DNA of 64,000 nt. It comes from Felis catus. Its lineage: Eukaryota. Position 1 is the stretch's first letter, and every line of letters begins with the position of its first letter. The notes under the pieces are model-generated. The model had not been told where the DNA came from and made no database searches. It worked only from the letters and a program-made list of their open reading frames with translations. The DNA lies in the NCBI RefSeq assembly GCF_018350175.1, contig NC_058368.1, forward strand, positions 44,332,001 through 44,396,000, given 5' to 3'. Positions 24,646-38,155 of the stretch are shown piece by piece. A program made the position numbers and the translations under genes.

Positions 24646-24898
24646 TTTTCTTTCATTAAGAGATAGGTGTTCTTAAATGTATGTTTAGAAGCATATGGGA
24701 AAAGCCATGAGGTTATCTCCTTGAAACTATGCTGTGTTTAAACCATCTTGGAAGTAACATCTTTCTTCCCTCACAGGATAAGTGTTTTGAAACTTGGGTG
24801 TGGAAGGTCATGGGAAAAACCATGTGCTTTAGTGCTTGACATGAAACTCTGTGAATAAAGTGTGTTTCAAATAACATCCCCTTGAATTTGAAAAAAAA
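24646..24898 (+). other. Non-L1 insert in the L1 inter-ORF spacer; AATAAA and A8 at its 3' end (possible mRNA 3'-end retrocopy)
   Basis: Composition switches from A-rich L1 to T/G-richer sequence. AATAAA at 24854-24859, A8 at 24891-24898, then L1 resumes. Confidence 0.55.
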
Positions 24899-26121
24899 GA
24901 GAATATCAGCAAAATATGAAAAAGAGAACAACAAGAAAGGATCAGAGAAAATCTTCAGAAACATGTAATAAACTGTCAATAAATACATATATATCATATC
25001 TATTGATAATTAATGTGAATTTAAATAGATTAAATGCTCCAATCAAAAGACAAAGTTTTCAGAATAGTTAAGAATACAAAACAAAACAAGACCCATCTCT
25101 ATGCTGCCTATAAGAGATTCATTTTAGATCTAAGACACCTGCAGACTGAAAGTGAGGGGATAGAGACACATTTGTAATAGAGATGGATGTCAAAAGAAAG
25201 CCAGAATAGCAATACTTATATAAGGCAAACTAGACTTTAAAACAAAGACTGTAATACAGTACAAAGGCATTATATTATAAATATGCACCCAATATGAGAG
25301 CACCCGGATGTATAAAATAATTAACAATAAACATAAAGGAACTAATCAATAATAATACAAAAATATTAGGGAACCTTAACCTCCCACTTACATCAATCGA
25401 CAAATCATCTAAACAGAAAATCAACAAGGAAACAATAGCTTTGAATGACACACTGGACTAGATAGACTTAACAGATACAGTCAGAACATTCTAAATTAAA
25501 GGAGCAGAATACACTTTCTTTTCAAGAGCACATGTAACATTCTTTAGAATAGATCACATATTAGGCCAAAAAAGATGTCTCAACAAATTCAAAAAGACTT
25601 ACATCATACCATGTATCTTTTCTAGTCATAATGCTATGAAACTAGAAGTAAATTACAAGAAAAAATTGGGAAAGACTGCAAATACATGAAGGTTTAATAA
25701 CATAGTACTAAACAATGAATGGGTCAGCCAGGAAGACAAAGAAGAAATAAAAAAAAAATACATGGAAACAAATAAAAATGAACACACAATGGTCTGAAAC
25801 CTTTGGTATGCAGCAAAAGCAGTCCTAAGTGGGACGTATATAGCAGTACAGGCTTACATAAAGAAGCAAGAAAAATCTCAAATAAACAATGGTAACTTAT
25901 ACCTAAAGGAGCTAGAAAAAAAAAAAACAAGAAACACCTAAATCCAGAATGAGGAAAAAGATAATAAAGATCAGAGAAGAAATGTTATAGAAACTAAAAG
26001 CAAACAAATAAACCAAACAAAACAAAAACGAGAACAGATCAATAAAACTAGGAGCTGGTCCTTTGAAAAAATTAATAAAACTGATAAACCTCTAGCCAGA
26101 CTTATCAAAAATAAAAAAGAA

Positions 26122-26340
26122 GGGGCGCCTGGGTGGTGCAGTCGGTTAAGCATCCGACTTCAGCCAGGTCACGATCTCGTGGTCCGTGAGTTCGAGCCCC
26201 GCGTCAGGCTCTGGGCTGATGGCTCGGAGCCTGGAGCCTGTTTCCAATTCTGTGTCTCCCTCTCTCTCTGCCCCTCCCCCGTTCATGCTCTGTCTCTCTC
26301 TGTCCCAAAAATAAAAATAAAAAACGTTGAAAAAAAATAA
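26122..26340 (+). mobile_element. Can-SINE, young felid subfamily, in L1 ORF2
   Basis: Near-consensus body and A-tail. Confidence 0.97.
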
Positions 26341-26762
26341 ATAAAAGAGAAAATACCCAAATAAAATCACAAGCAAGAGAGAAGAAATAAAAAACAACAC
26401 CACAAGAATAGAATTAAAAGAGAATATTATGAAAAACTATGTGGCAACAAATTGTACAACCTAGAAGAAATGGATAAAATCCTAGTAACATATGCGTTAG
26501 CAAAACTGTAATAGGAAGAAATAGAAAATTTGAAAATACCAATAATCAGCAAAGAAATTGAATCAATAATCAAAAAACTCCTAACAAACAAAAGTCCAGG
26601 AACAGATGGGTTCACAGGTAAATTCTACCAGATATTTAAAAATGAATTAGTGCCTATTGTTCTCAAACTATTCCAAAAAATAGAACAGGAAGGAATACTT
26701 CCAGATTCACCCTATGAGGGCAGTATTACCTTGCTACCAAAACCAATTAAAGACACTACAAA

Positions 26763-26764
<2 letters not shown>

Positions 26765-26802
<38 letters not shown>
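26765..26802 (+). repeat. (GA)n microsatellite in L1 ORF2
   Basis: Directly visible. Confidence 0.96.
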
Positions 26803-26805
<3 letters not shown>

Positions 26806-28504
26806 ACAGGCTAATATCTTGGATAAACATTAATGCAAAAATCCCCAAGAAAATACTAGCAAACTGCATCCAACAATACATTAAAAAAATCATTCACCCT
26901 GATCAAGTGGCATTTATTCCTGGGTTGCAAGTGCGGTTTAATATTCACAAATCAATCAGTGTCATAAACCACATTACTAAAAGTAATGATTAAATACCAT
27001 ATGATCATTTTAATAGATGCAGAAAAAACATTTGACAAAGTAAAGCATCCGTTCATGATAAAAACTCACAAGAAAGTAGGTTTAGAGGGAACACACCTCA
27101 ACATATTAAAGGCCACATGTGAAAAACACACAACTAGTATCATCCTAAATGGAGAAAAACTGAGGGCCCCCCACCCCAAGGTCAGAAACAAGAATGTCCA
27201 CTTTCACCACTTTTATTTAACAGAGTACTGGAAGTCCTAGCCACAGCAATCAGACAACAAAAAGAAATAGAAGGCATCCAAATCGACAAGGAAGAAGTCA
27301 GACTTTCACTATTTGCAAATGACATGATATCCCCAAAGACTCCACCAAAAAACTGCTAGAATTGATGCACAAATTCAGTCAAATTGTAGGATATAACAAA
27401 TTACCCAAGTAAAAAATGGGCAGAAGAAATGAACAGACATTTCTCAAAAGAAGACATCCAGATGGCCAACAGACACATGTAAAGATGCTCAACATCACTT
27501 ATCATCAGGGAAATGCAAATCCAAGGACCACAGTGATATAACCTGGCACCTGTCAGAATAGCTAAAATCAAAAACAGAAGAAACAAGTGTTGGCAAGTAT
27601 GTGAGGAGAAAGGAACTCTCTTGTACTGTTGGTGGGAATGCATACTGGTGCACCCACTATGGAAAACAGTATGGAGATTCCTAAAAAATTAAAAATAGAA
27701 CTAGCCTACCATCCAGTAATCACACTTCTGGGTACTTACCAAAAAATGCATGCACCCCTATGTTTATAGCAGCATTATTTACAATAGCAAACATATGGAA
27801 GCAGCCAAGCATCCACTGATTGATGAATGGATAAAGAACGTGTATTAGATATGTACAATGGAATATGATTCAACCACAAGGAAAGAGTGAAATATTGCAA
27901 TTTGCAATAAAATGGATGGAACAAAGAGTATTATGCCAAGTGAAATACGTCAGTCAGAGAAAGACAAATACCATATGATATCATTCATATGTGGAATTGA
28001 AGAAAGAAAAAAAAACAAAAAAGAAAAAGAGAGAGAGGCAAACCAAGAAACAGACTCTTAACTATAGAGAACAAACTGATGGTTACCAGAAGGAAGCTGG
28101 GTGGGGGGATGGTAAAATAGGTGATACGGATTAAGGAAAACACTTATGAGTGTCAAGTGTTGCATGGAAGTGTTGAATCACTGTATTGTCCATCTGAAAC
28201 TAATATTACACTGTATGTTAACTAACTGGAATTTAAATAAAAAGTTGAAACTAAAACAAAAACAACACTAAAAAACAACTTAGTGAGAAAATGAATGTTC
28301 AAAAGGAAGATGTATATTAACTACACCTAGAGAATTTCTAAAGTGATAATTATGTACCCAACTCTGGTAGATGTTAAATTTAGATTCTTAGATACTCAGT
28401 CCTAAAATTTTCATTTTATAATTAATGGGTCTCTCAGCAGCATTTTCTTCTCTCTACCTTTTTATTATTTGGTTTTTACCTTTATTCTTTGTATTGTCTA
28501 TGAC

Positions 28505-28685
28505 GCAGTGATAAGAGCACTAGATTTCACATTATAGAACTATGCATTTGAATGTGAATGACTTATGAAGTTTTATTATTGAGCAAATTCTTAACCAAGT
28601 AGGATTCCTTTCATTTTCCATAAAATGGAGGAATAGGTACATCATTACATTATGCATGTGTTGATAGTTAAATAATACGTACATA
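28505..28685 (+). mobile_element. MIR (degenerate)
   Basis: GCAGTGATAAGAGCAC...TTGAGCAAATTCTTAACC...TAAAATGGAG pattern. Confidence 0.65.
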
Positions 28686-29404
28686 TTTACATATGAAAAA
28701 CAAAACTACAGTAAACACTGTCTTCTTTTTAATATCTTTGGTTATATTATATCCCTTTTAAGGAAAATTCTCTGAAATTATTTTATGGGAACAGGTATAA
28801 TAATAAATTAAGAAAATTATATTTTATACCAAAATATGCTCAAGAACAAGATGAAGTAAAGGGATATGCTAGAAATTGGCCATCATAACAAAGATACTCT
28901 CCCATAAGTAAACTATAGGAGTACTACTATTTAATTAAACTTTTCATTAATTTGATGTTTATCAATTTTAATTGTTTTAAATATTTATTTTGGTGAATTT
29001 CTACGTACAAGGTAAAAAATTGTAATATGTTTGAAATAATAAATAGCAATGAATACTGTGAACTGCTTTGAGAATATGTGGTTGTTTTATTATTTATAAA
29101 CATATTTCATTATTTTTATGAACACATTGTTCACTGGGGAAGATTCTCAGTTAAAGAAGTTCTTACTGGAATGCGTCAACTGACCATACATTACCTGGTC
29201 TTATAGTGTGCTAACAAACCTTGGTTCCATGTGTTTAGCATGTATATTTGATATCAAAAAAGGTTTTTCTCAAAATGAGTCTGGAAGATCAGATCATCTC
29301 AGAATCTAAAGGGACAAAGATGAAAGCATATTGTACTCTAAAATTCAACCTTTAAATGTTCATTCTTAACTCAGATCAGCATACATTGTAGGAAACACCA
29401 AAGT

Positions 29405-29445
29405 TTATTTTTTTAAGTTTATTTTGAGGTAAGGAAAGAGAGTGA

Positions 29446-29499
<54 letters not shown>

Positions 29500-29627
29500 A
29501 TCCCAAACATGTTTAGCACTGTCAGTGCAGAGCCTGACATGGGGCTTGAACTCATGAACCGTGAGATCATGACCCAAGCCAAAATCAAAAGCCAGTCACT
29601 TAACTGACTGAACCACCCCAGTGCCTC
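29405..29627 (-). mobile_element. Can-SINE
   Basis: SINE body, (GA)n; TSD GAAACACCAA. Confidence 0.95.
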
Positions 29628-31997
29628 AGAAACACCAACTTTCTGTCAAATAATTGTTATCAAATTCAAAGTATAAAGTGTTCACAGTGAATAAAATATG
29701 TTAAAATCATCAAAATCAGAATTTTTATTATAAATAGGTAAGAAATATCTAATAAGAAAGCCCTCAAATGTATCTAATGGTTGATGATGAAAGAGAGATT
29801 TGATACTACATTAAATAAAAATTGGTGTTGTTCAGTAGGTGCCAGCTATGGTTGAAGTTTTGAGCATAGAGCAAACAGTAGATCCATACAATTAAACAAT
29901 TAACAAGATCCTGATTAACACTGACAGAAATGGAAGACTGGAAACTGTGTATTTTGAGAAGAAATTTTATCAGTGCAAACTCAACTGTTTTTCCAAGTAT
30001 GCTTCTTCATATTTTGTAATATTATAATTTTGCCAACAGCATTAATTTAGTAATCAAAATATTTACACATTCTGCACTGACCAAATGTCCTCTTATGTTG
30101 GTTATTTTTGTTTCAGCAATACTTAATCACATTTACTATAAAGTAATACAAGAAGGATTTTTGAATGTTCCTCACATGCTTTACACCATGTGAGCACATT
30201 TTGGCAATTCTACAATATCTTTTAACTCACAAATGTAATCTCAATCTCACATTTAACCAGAAACCTAAGATATGAATTATTGAGTGACAATTTTCTCTTT
30301 CATTGAAAAAATATTTTTATTATGTATACAAACATACAAACACAACACATAAACTAAGCCATTTACAAAGGGCAGTAAATAACACATTGCATGCCCCAAT
30401 TTCTCAAATGTAGCATACACTGGAGTTCTATTTGAGAAACTTTATTATAATTGGCTGCCTTATATATATTTACACACACATACCTATCTATTCTTGATTT
30501 TATTCAGAGTTATAAGCCTATTTGGAGCTTTTCCTAAAGTGTACAGCTAAGAGAAATATATATCTTTCTAATATTTCTTTCACTTGCTTGTAATTTAGGC
30601 TGCCTTCTTCTAGTTCTAACCTTGTCATTGACTACTAACTTTACAGCATGGTTTTCTTTACAGAAAATACATTCTGAGTTGCCTTCTCTTTGCTGTTATT
30701 AATTTATGATTCGGTATGGTCTGGAAAGGAATTTTGAAGAGCAGGGAGAATAAACTCTCCCTTGCACAAGGACCCATAGAAATGGCCCTATGAGGTCACT
30801 ATGTGGCTGCATAAATTGTCAGATTGCACTATCATGTCACTCTCTGTTGTAAAATGAAGCTTCAGTTTCTTTAAAAAAAAATGCAAACATATATATATGT
30901 ATATCCAGTCACAGAAAATTAAAATGCTAACAATATTCACCTTCAGAAATAAAAATTATTTTCAATCATGTATTATTCAAATATTTTTTCCACAATTCTC
31001 ATATTTTGGCAATTTTAAAATCAGTATATTTATAAGAAAAATTATTTATGGATTTCTTTCAACAGCACTGTGTATATACTGTATGTTTCAGTTACATGGT
31101 GATGTTAATTGTTGCCGATATATTTTTTAATATATAAATAACTGTTAAAAATTATTTTGTTTTGACCTAACACAGTTTCCCTGCAGACATTCACTGGGAT
31201 CATGTCATTTGGTATTGATATTGCAACTGTACCCTTCATGTCCCCACAGACTTTCATTGATTTAGTTTAGTTTTCCATTTGGAATGTAATTTCTTACATT
31301 GTATTGACATCTTCTGGGGAATTCTATGGTGGCAGGATGCCCTATAGATGTGAGCAATAAAGATGCATACTTACCTCTTAACATGTATATTATCTTAGCT
31401 TACTCAAAAAAACATTATTTAACTGATTTCTGAGGTATAAATAACATATAATTTTCTTTAGGTAAGATTAACATGAACTTTTATTGACTTATGTTGAGTT
31501 AGGAACAATCTTTATGGCTACATTGTACTTTGGAATCCCATTATTATAATTTTTCAAAAGAAAATTGACATCTCTACTTTTACCTATTAACCCTAAAACT
31601 AAGTCTCCCAAATAATTTTGCCAGGACTAACCTGTGTATATGTTTACTGCTTTTGTTTTTAAGAAAGTATTTATATATCAAAATGGATTTCATTAATATT
31701 TTTGAGTTTTTCATGCATGAGACAATAAAATGGACAAATTTTCTGCAGAGTGTAATTCCCTAAGGATATTCTACTGTCACTACATGTTTGAGAGTTAATA
31801 TAAGATAATTAGGATAGCGAAGATAATAAAAATAAGTTAAGAATTATTAAAAGTATAATTTGCAGATCAGCTACTACATTTGGTGTTATGGTATTGACTC
31901 TCTATTAGCAGGCACATATTTTTAAGTTCTCTACTTGTAAATCAAGGAATAAAAGGGTATATTTTGTAGCTTATAAAATAGAGTTTAACTGGGCCTA

Positions 31998-32223
31998 TTT
32001 TTTATTATCTTTTTAATGTTTATTTATTTTTGAGAGAGAGAGAGAGACAGACTGAAAGTGGGGAGGGGCAGAGAGAGGAAGATACAAAATCTGAAGCAGG
32101 CTTCAGGCTCTAAGCTGTCAGCACAGAGCCAGCCCAATGCAGGGCTGGACCTTGTGAACCACGAGATCATGACCTGAGCCGAAGTCTGACACTTAACTGA
32201 CTACTGAGCCACCCAGGTGCCCC
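31998..32223 (-). mobile_element. Can-SINE
   Basis: Ends CCCAGGTGCCCC; TSD TAACT(G/A)GGC(C/A)TATTT. Confidence 0.95.
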
Positions 32224-32362
32224 TAACTAGGCATATTTAAATAAAAAACTTTCATCTTGGTCTTATAAATTGGTTCTATCTAAACTGGCTATTTGTATAA
32301 AAGAACTAGATGCAATATCTTCTTGAAAGAATTACATGTATCTCTGTAAAGTGCTTTTTTAA

Positions 32363-32558
32363 AGTTTATTAATTTTTGATGTATACAGAGAAAGTTAACA
32401 AGTGGAGGAGGGGGCAACAGTGGAGAGAGAGAAAATATTAAGAGGATCCACACTCAGCACTGAGCCTGACTTGGGGCTTGATCCCATGACCCTGGGATCA
32501 TGACCTAAGCCAAAAGCAAGAGTCAGACACTCAACCCACTGAGCCATTCAGACACCCC
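32363..32558 (-). mobile_element. Can-SINE (older)
   Basis: SINE body; TSD CTGTAAAGT(G/A)CTTTTTTAAA. Confidence 0.93.
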
Positions 32559-32584
32559 ACTGTAAAGTACTTTTTTAAAATTAG

Positions 32585-32795
32585 AGGGAAACAAACATAA
32601 TATAAAAACAGGGAGGGGGACAAAACAGTAGAGACTCATAAATACTGAGAACAAACTGAGGGTTACTGGAGGGGTTGTGGGAGGGGAAATGGGCTAAATG
32701 GGTAAGGGGCATTAAGGAATCTACTCCTGAAATCATTGTTTCACTATATGCTAATTTGGATATAAATTTAAAAAATAACAAATAAAATTTAAAAA
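32585..32795 (+). mobile_element. 5'-truncated felid L1 (3' UTR and tail only)
   Basis: Closely matches 4430-4640 of the first L1 (CTGAGGGTTACTGGAGGGGTTGTGG, TACTCCTGAAATCATTGTT). Confidence 0.95.
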
Positions 32796-34340
32796 ATAAA
32801 ATTATATATTAAAATATCAAGTGTGTTGAAATGAAAACCAAATTATTTAAATGTTTAATTCTAAACAACTGAAATAATGTAAGTGTGTAAAGAATTTGGA
32901 AAATTGAATTTAAATGATTACATGGTCTACTTACACCTTAACTTAAACTCTCATAATCAATCATAAAAATATGAAGTTAAGATACTGTCTAAAAGAGAAA
33001 CACATTATATTCTCAGGAAGACATAAGGTTACTTTTTGTGACAAAATCTTTTTTAAAAAATACACTATTATATTTCTCATGTCAAAGTGTGAATTAGTTG
33101 TTTTTCAGTATCTTCAGCAATAGGAGGTTCTGTGATAGCTCATTGGTCACTGGTATTATTTCACCTGTCCTAGGTGTTAATTGGAGGATCTTTCACTCTA
33201 TGAGCTAGCCACTTGGTTGCTTTGAAGTTAAATTTGAAATTGCTTATAGAATTACTCTATAAACACGATTGGATAATTGAATAATACAAGTCACTGTAAA
33301 ATCAACATAATATATCATAACCATGTTAACTACATTATAAAAATTACATGTAGTTGTAATTATGGTAAAATGATACTTGATTATATTCAATAATAATGTT
33401 TTTCAGAATGTTAAGTGAAGAGAACTAATTGTATTATTACAAGATAACTAAAACTCTTTCTGGCTTATAAAATTGGCACTAAATAAATATACCTTTTCCA
33501 TACGTTACTGTGTCCTTTCCCTTGGTATTTGGTTTATAAAACAAAACCATCTGCATCCCTTAGTTACCAAACACTTAAGTTATACTTTATATCTATAAAC
33601 AAGAAGGATTAAACAAAATGAATTAAAACAAACTGACAATGAAAATCAGCATATGGTGGGCCAAATAAACGGTTCAAGGAAGCTGTTACATTGCAGGTGA
33701 AAAAGATAGATTAACATTGAGGGGAAAAAAAAGAATGTGAAAAGATGGGCTCCTATTAGGAGGAGGAGAACAGTGAGGAAAAGAAAGATTATTTTCTGGT
33801 AAGAGTTGTATGTTTTTCATTCTATGGTAGTTAAGAGAATGAATATTTTATTTCACTAGAACATAGGTAACTCCCAAAAGATGCCTTATTCCTAATTGTT
33901 GATTAGTCTGTTAAAGCTAACGCATGTTGATTTTTTCCAATAAAAAAAAGTAGAATCTCTGGAGATAATTTTCCTTTGTTCCATTGTTTGTTTAATTATT
34001 ATTTCATTGGTTATTATTTTCACAATTATTCCCCATATCTAGTCATTTCACAATCAAGTTGGAATTTTGTATACAGGTGCATTTTCCAAGAAAAAATGTT
34101 GTCAAATACATGAAAAGGGGGGAAACAAACAAACCAGCAAACCTACAGTGGAAATCACAATTTCAAAAATGTCTCTTGATGGATAAATAGATATGAATAT
34201 ACATGTAAATGTATACATTAGTGATGAACATGGCTTAATTTCTGAGTAGTTATGCAGTTACACTGTAGTAATTAGAATTTACTAATTTTTCAAACATATT
34301 ATTAAACAAAATAGGATGTGTACTTAGGTTTAGAAATTTT

Positions 34341-34576
34341 ATTTTATTTTATTTTATTTTTAAATTTTTTTTTAACGTTTATTTATTTTTGAGACAGAGA
34401 GAGACAGAGCATGAATGGGGGAGGGGCAGAGAGAGAGGGAGACACAGAATCGGAAACAGGCTCCAGGCTCTGAGCCATCAGCCCAGAGCCCGACGCGGGG
34501 CTCAAACTCACGGACCGCGAGATCGTGACCCGAGCTGAAGTCAGATGCTTAACCGACTGTGCCACCCAGGCGCCCC
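34341..34576 (-). mobile_element. Can-SINE, fairly young
   Basis: CpG-rich body; TSD AGAAATTTT. Confidence 0.97.
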
Positions 34577-36100
34577 AGAAATTTTAACATTCATTGAAGA
34601 CAGTGTAGACTTATATTACTTTGGAGCAACACAAAGATAGCAGATCCAGTAAAAATAGGGGGAAACAAAAAGGTATCTATGTTGTTGTGGCCTAGAGAAT
34701 GGGAATTCAGTGACGAAGATGGAAACTATGGTCACAGAGAAGAAAGAAACTTAGAAAACTATAATTTTGAAAAGGTAGTAATGCCTTCAAGAGTTTATAG
34801 CCTCATTAGAGTTTTTTGCTGCGTACCAGAATTCTTTAACTTGAGTGATTTAATACCTTCATGGGATGTAGTCCATCCATATAAATGAGCCACAGACATT
34901 ACTGGCCATTTTTGTGGTGAAATAGTTGATTATGCAAAATTTACTATTATTTCCTTACACTCAAACTTTCCCAGAATCTGATCCATGTCAAAGTTTCCTT
35001 CAGAGTTGGTTGACTTTCTGACTCCACAATGGGCAATATACTAAATCTCAAAGAGTTGAAATAAGTTTCCCAAGATAGCATGAGATGATAAAAGCAAACA
35101 TAAACCCAGGGGTTTTCAGAACATTCAAAAGTGAAGACTGAGCTAAATAAACTCTGATTCTAGATGTGTGTAGAGAATGATTTGGTTCACATATTAAGTA
35201 TTTAGACAAATAAGTGTTAAAATGTCAAAAGGCTACTGATAAATTCTCACCTTTAAGCCTGAACAACTGTTTTCATGAAAAATACTATTATAATCAGAAT
35301 TTGAATACAAAAATCTCAAAAAGATACAAATTTAGGACTTCCCTTAGAATTAATAGATTTTTATTTTAAAATAAAATGCAGTGACATTAAATAAGTGCTA
35401 GTTCAAATTTTATTGGAAATTATTTATATTTTATATGATCTAATTCCCTTAAGGTTTTAGAATATAACTACATAACAGTAAGATATTAGTAAAGTTTTAT
35501 AAAGATAAGTTTAATTACTAAAAACTTTACAATGGCAAATCTCTTACAGACTTTCACCTTTCTCTTATTCATAATTTCCAAAAAAGATGAGTTATACCAC
35601 TTTATTTATCACTGAAATGTCAATAAAACTTCCTGCTTTTCTTAGATTTTTATATGTAAGTTTCTCTGTTTATAAAATTAAGTAATGAATTTCCCTAGAA
35701 GCTCAAAATGTACTTTGAAATACATAATCTATTGATTTAAAACATTATTTAGGAAACCTGAAAGAAAATACATTAATTGCTAGCTGTGATCACATCAGAT
35801 TATGTGTGTTTTCTTTATTTCTTATTGTTTACATTTCCCTAATTTCTTATAATGAGCATTTGTTATTTTTAAATAACAAAAAATCAGCTAAATTTTACAA
35901 TATTTATGTTCCTTATCATGTGAGAAAAAACAAATAGTTCTATTTTATGAAACTAAAATTAAATGAGACAAAGATTGAAGTCTAACATGGACTGGATTTA
36001 GAAGATGAAGAACTTTAATTTATCAGTAAAGGAGTAGTGTATTAATTTTGCATAGTAAGGAAACAAAACAGACCTTCAATGACAGAAATTGGTGCATGAA

Positions 36101-36171
36101 CCTTTTGGAATGAGCACTGGGTGTTGTATGGAAACCAATTTGACAATAAATTTCATATATTGAAAAAAAAA
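36101..36171 (+). mobile_element. Extremely 5'-truncated young felid L1 (71 bp)
   Basis: ATGAGCACTGGGTGTTGTATGGAAACCAATTTGACAATAAATTTCATAT plus A-tail; perfect 17-bp TSD AGAAATTGGTGCATGAA (36084-36100 and 36172-36188). Confidence 0.92.
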
Positions 36172-36255
36172 AGAAATTGGTGCATGAAATAAATGAACAT
36201 TATTTCTATTAGATAAGCAAAATATACTTAAACTAGTCATTTTAATTTTTAAAAT

Positions 36256-36466
36256 TTTTTTCAACGTTTATTTATTTTTGGGACAGAGAGAGACAGAGCA
36301 TGGACGGGCACGGGGCAGAGAGAGAGAGGGAGACACAGAATCGGAAACAGGCTCCAGGCTCTGAGCCATCAGCCCAGAGCCCGACGCGGGGCTCGAACTC
36401 ACGGACCACGAGATCGTGACCTGGCTGAAGTCGGACGCTTAACCGACTGCGCCACCCAGGCGCCCC
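36256..36466 (-). mobile_element. Can-SINE, young felid subfamily
   Basis: Near-consensus; perfect 19-bp TSD TCATTTTAATTTTTAAAAT (36237-36255 and 36467-36485). Confidence 0.98.
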
Positions 36467-37399
36467 TCATTTTAATTTTTAAAATAAATGTCATTTTAAT
36501 TTTTCTGTGTGTTTCTGTACTTGTTCCTCCTATAAAAAATGCCTTTGTTCTTTATTTTGGCCCAAAGTATTCATTTTTCCATGCCATGCCCATGATCTCC
36601 CTCTTCCTAGATGAGTTCTCTAATATGAGCTCTATTTTTTTACCCCTTTCTAACAAAACTCATCTGTTTCCACTTTCAAATTTTATACAAAATCTTACTT
36701 TTCAAGTTATTTTTTTGTTTGCATTGGAATCTGGTAATTTCTACAGTAGTTTATAAAGCAGAAATGAACAAAAAAGAAAATGAATGTTGACAGATGTTAG
36801 GGGAAATGAACATCCACTGGCATTGCTGGTAGGAGAATCGACTGATGTAGCTGCTGGCATGGCCAAATGGTAGAAAATAAACTGGCACTAAAACAAATGG
36901 TCTGTATATTTAAACATGTACAGAATTTACTAGTTTATAAATAAAAGACAATTTTAATGCTCGTTATAACCATTCATTCATATAGGTTCCCAGTTTCAGG
37001 GAGGATCACCATATATTCGGAATATGGGCAAATATAAAGAAATATTACAGAATGAATATTATTAAAATAGACATTATGTACTGATGTATCATGCCTCTCC
37101 CAGTTTGGGAAAATAAGTGAAATCTTCCTTGAAGAGAAGAGTTATGAACTGAATATTGATAGAATATTTGGGTGTATTGAGGTACGGTCATGTCTACAGC
37201 CAGGTGCCAAACATGACAGCTTTTATATTTGATCAACTTTGATAACAATCTATGGGAAATTTTTAAAGAAAGAAATGGAATGATAAGTTTAAAGAACTCT
37301 CTGGCAGCACTATGAAGATTGGATTGTGTTTGAAAGTATGCTTGATTCATGAAAGCTAATTAAATGACTCTGTCTGGATCCCAGAAATGAAAAAGTTCT

Positions 37400-37569
37400 C
37401 TTTTACAATTTTTTAAAAAAAATTATTTATTTTGAGAGAGGAGAGAGAGAGAGCAAGGGAAGGGTTGAGAGAAAATCCCAAGGAGGCTCCATGCTCAGTG
37501 TTGGAGCTCAACTCCACCACTGTGAGATCATGACCTGAGCTGAAACCAAGAGTGGAATGCAGGCGCCCC
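37400..37569 (-). mobile_element. Can-SINE with a deletion in the A-box region
   Basis: GAGTGGAATGCAGGCGCCCC lacks the usual TTAACCGACTGAGCCACCC; TSD AAATGAAAAAGTTCT. Confidence 0.92.
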
Positions 37570-38118
37570 AAAATGAAAAAGTTCTTAACAATTGGGCAGA
37601 GGGGAATGATAAGAAATAGGAAGTAGTTTTGAGAAGTATTTCAGATATTGACCAAATTTAAAATTCCATAAGGTATCAGAGATTAGGGTATAAAAGGAAC
37701 CTAATAAGCCTTTTTTTTTTTTTACATCATGCAAAACAAACAAAACAATTATATTTTATAGTACATTGGGATAAATAATCTACCCTTGATAAGAGCTTAT
37801 CACCTGATAATAAGGCAGAAGTGAACGATATCCAGGTACATCTGTAACCTGTTCAGGGTACACTACAATGGGAACCTCTGCTCTCGATTACTTGTGGGCT
37901 TCTACTTATATAACTGAGTGAATGAGAGTACCTTTAAGTGCAGGTTTTGAGAACAGCAACAACTGATGAGTGAAGTTTTGGACAAGTTAAGTCGAAGTGC
38001 AGATGGTCAGCATGTAATTAGAAATTTCGGTGCGTATTTAAGGAGAAAGCAATAGTAGAAAGGAAGGATTTAAGGATTATCAACCTTTAGGCGCTGGCAA
38101 AAAGCCATGAGTATGCTT

Positions 38119-38155
38119 AAACAAACAAACAAACAAACAAACAAACAAACAAACA
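38119..38155 (+). repeat. (AAAC)n microsatellite
   Basis: Directly visible. Confidence 0.95.

Larger units (their letters stand above)
24973..27770 (+). pseudogene. L1 ORF2, disrupted, with a ~1-kb internal deletion
   Basis: Fragments [17 protein letters not shown] and HMIILIDAEKTFDK. Jumps at ~27393 from post-RT sequence to the C-terminal region. Confidence 0.9.
22346..28275 (+). mobile_element. Near full-length carnivore L1 (5' UTR, ORF1, spacer, ORF2, 3' UTR, tail), decayed
   Basis: GC-richer 5' UTR 22346-23460. ORF1 ATG at 23464 with coiled-coil peptide (NNRLEETEEEVNDLEGKVME). ORF2 from ~24973. Tail ~28235-28275. Flanking AACTTAGT direct repeats at ~22338 and ~28277. Confidence 0.96.

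Noticed and set aside
31365..31440. Strong minus-strand donor GAG|GTAAGT near 31370
   Set aside because: Upstream sequence is AT-rich and stop-laden, with no credible exon.
37787..37810. Three GATA motifs in a near-palindrome TGATAAGAGCTTATCACCTGATAA
   Set aside because: Short AT-rich motifs in a probable L2 remnant; chance occurrence cannot be excluded.
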